From Eledone cirrhosa (lineage: Eukaryota), in the NCBI GenBank assembly GCA_964016885.1, contig OZ024743.1, positions 78,182,001-78,246,000 of the forward strand: a stretch of 64,000 nucleotides of DNA, read 5' to 3'. The notes beneath the pieces are model-generated. The model saw only the letters and a list, made by a program, of their open reading frames with translations, searched no databases and was not told the origin of the DNA. The position numbers and the translations under genes are program-made. This document shows positions 62,593-64,000 of this stretch, one piece after another (position 1 is the stretch's first letter; the number at the start of each line of letters is the position of its first letter).

Positions 62593-64000
62593 GAAACGAA
62601 AGGAGCTGTGTGGTTACTAAAACCAAGGTTTAGGATGGTGGTTAGGACGGAACAGGAGGAGAAAGGAAGAAAGGAGTTTCCATCGTCAGCTGTAAATGTA
62701 TCCCAAACCGATGTTTCGGCGCTGAATTACAGGACATCGGTGTAGTTGGGGTGCGCCCGAGGCCTTTTATTAATCCAAAAGGCCAGGTGGAAAAGGAGAG
62801 AGAAAGAGAGAAAAAAAAAGGAGAGAGAGAAAAGGAAAGAGAGGGAAAGGAGGAAGAACGGGGGGGGGGTGAGGAGAGAGGAAGAAGGGAAAAATAGGAA
62901 AGGAATAGAAGAAAAAAAAGTGTACAGATCCCCTCGTGAGAAGACACAGGTGAAAGAAACATGCAAAAAAACCGTGGAAAAATAGGGAAAGTAAGTTGTG
63001 GCCAACCTGGGAGATTTTAGCCTGGTGGTTAGCTACTACTCAGAGGTGGTATAATCGTGCTGCCTCTCACATAGACAGGAGAAAGTGTGAGAGAGAACGG
63101 GCAACCAAAAGTGAGGAGGAGAAGGGAAAGGAAGATAATCCAGAAGGGTTTTACCGGATCGATCTGCATAATGCACCACCGGCACCGCAACACCAGGTGG
63201 AGCGCATGCAGCGGACCACAATTGAACACTGCATATCTATGAATGCATGACAGCATAAGCTGATAGCAGTGAGAGTTCAAACGTTGCCCACCTCGTACAA
63301 CACCATAATAGCACTACCACACCTACTTGCGGACGCCGACTCATTACAAGTAGGATTGGGTCTACAGACATGTGTGGTTTTAAATTTTCAAAGTTTAACA
63401 TTTTTAAATTGTTGATTTCCGATATTCGATTCACGGTGCTTAATCCGCTACTTGGATGATGGACATGAGGCTGGTCTTAAGGCTAGTATCGCAGCTAATT
63501 GTAATGTTGATATTAATTTTAATTTTAATTGTGATTTTGATTTCAAGTTTTAATTTTGTCGTTCAATGCCGCCGATATACACACGCACACAACGCATGCT
63601 GCTGGCACATTACATCATACATACACTCCACGTGCATTCCATATATACTGTTATGAAGCACATACCCTTTATATTCTATGTATGCACCAAACCCATGTAC
63701 ATCTCACATATACTTTTGTGAAATGGATGTTACACATAAGCACAATATATATAACTCGTTTGTGCACGCACCCACGGCCCACACCTACTTACAAGCAACG
63801 AGACCTGCATCATGCGCAGGCTCCTACCCAGTGCCTTAGCCCAACAGCCCCCATGTATATCATATAAACATTGGCACCACAGCCCACAACTACAGTATGA
63901 AACGTTAAGCACACCTCGATAATGCCCCCCACCCTGCATCCCTGTCATGTATGCATTCTCTTTTTCCAGCATTTTATTTTATTGTATTTTATGTTTTATT

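Overview
Eukaryotic, AT-rich and repeat-dense genomic DNA. The SINE/LINE repertoire suggests a mollusc, probably an octopod cephalopod (inference). One intact host gene is present: a minus-strand SLC22/Orct-like organic cation transporter with 9 coding exons (48034..16758). All introns are GT-AG and the phases are compatible, giving a 1674-nt CDS (557 aa). Almost everything else is mobile DNA: a near full-length Tx1/L1-type LINE, a near full-length R4/Dong-type LINE plus a second fragment, a CR1-like LINE, about nine RTE-type LINE fragments (three carrying a PHD finger), three Penelope-like (Naiad-type, CxCx5C + GIY-YIG) remnants, Helitrons, a Chapaev3-like transposon, TTAA-flanked MITEs, tRNA-derived SINEs and microsatellites. 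The most notable signal outside the ORF track is RNA-structural. Seven sequence-diverse minimal type I hammerhead ribozyme motifs (six sequence families) can be folded by eye, some inside inverted repeats or a perfect palindrome. There is also a candidate HDV-like ribozyme at the 5' end of the Dong element, a candidate hammerhead with scrambled strand order, and a ~2.5-kb inverted repeat just downstream of the transporter gene. All family assignments come from motif recognition only; no database searches or folding programs were run.
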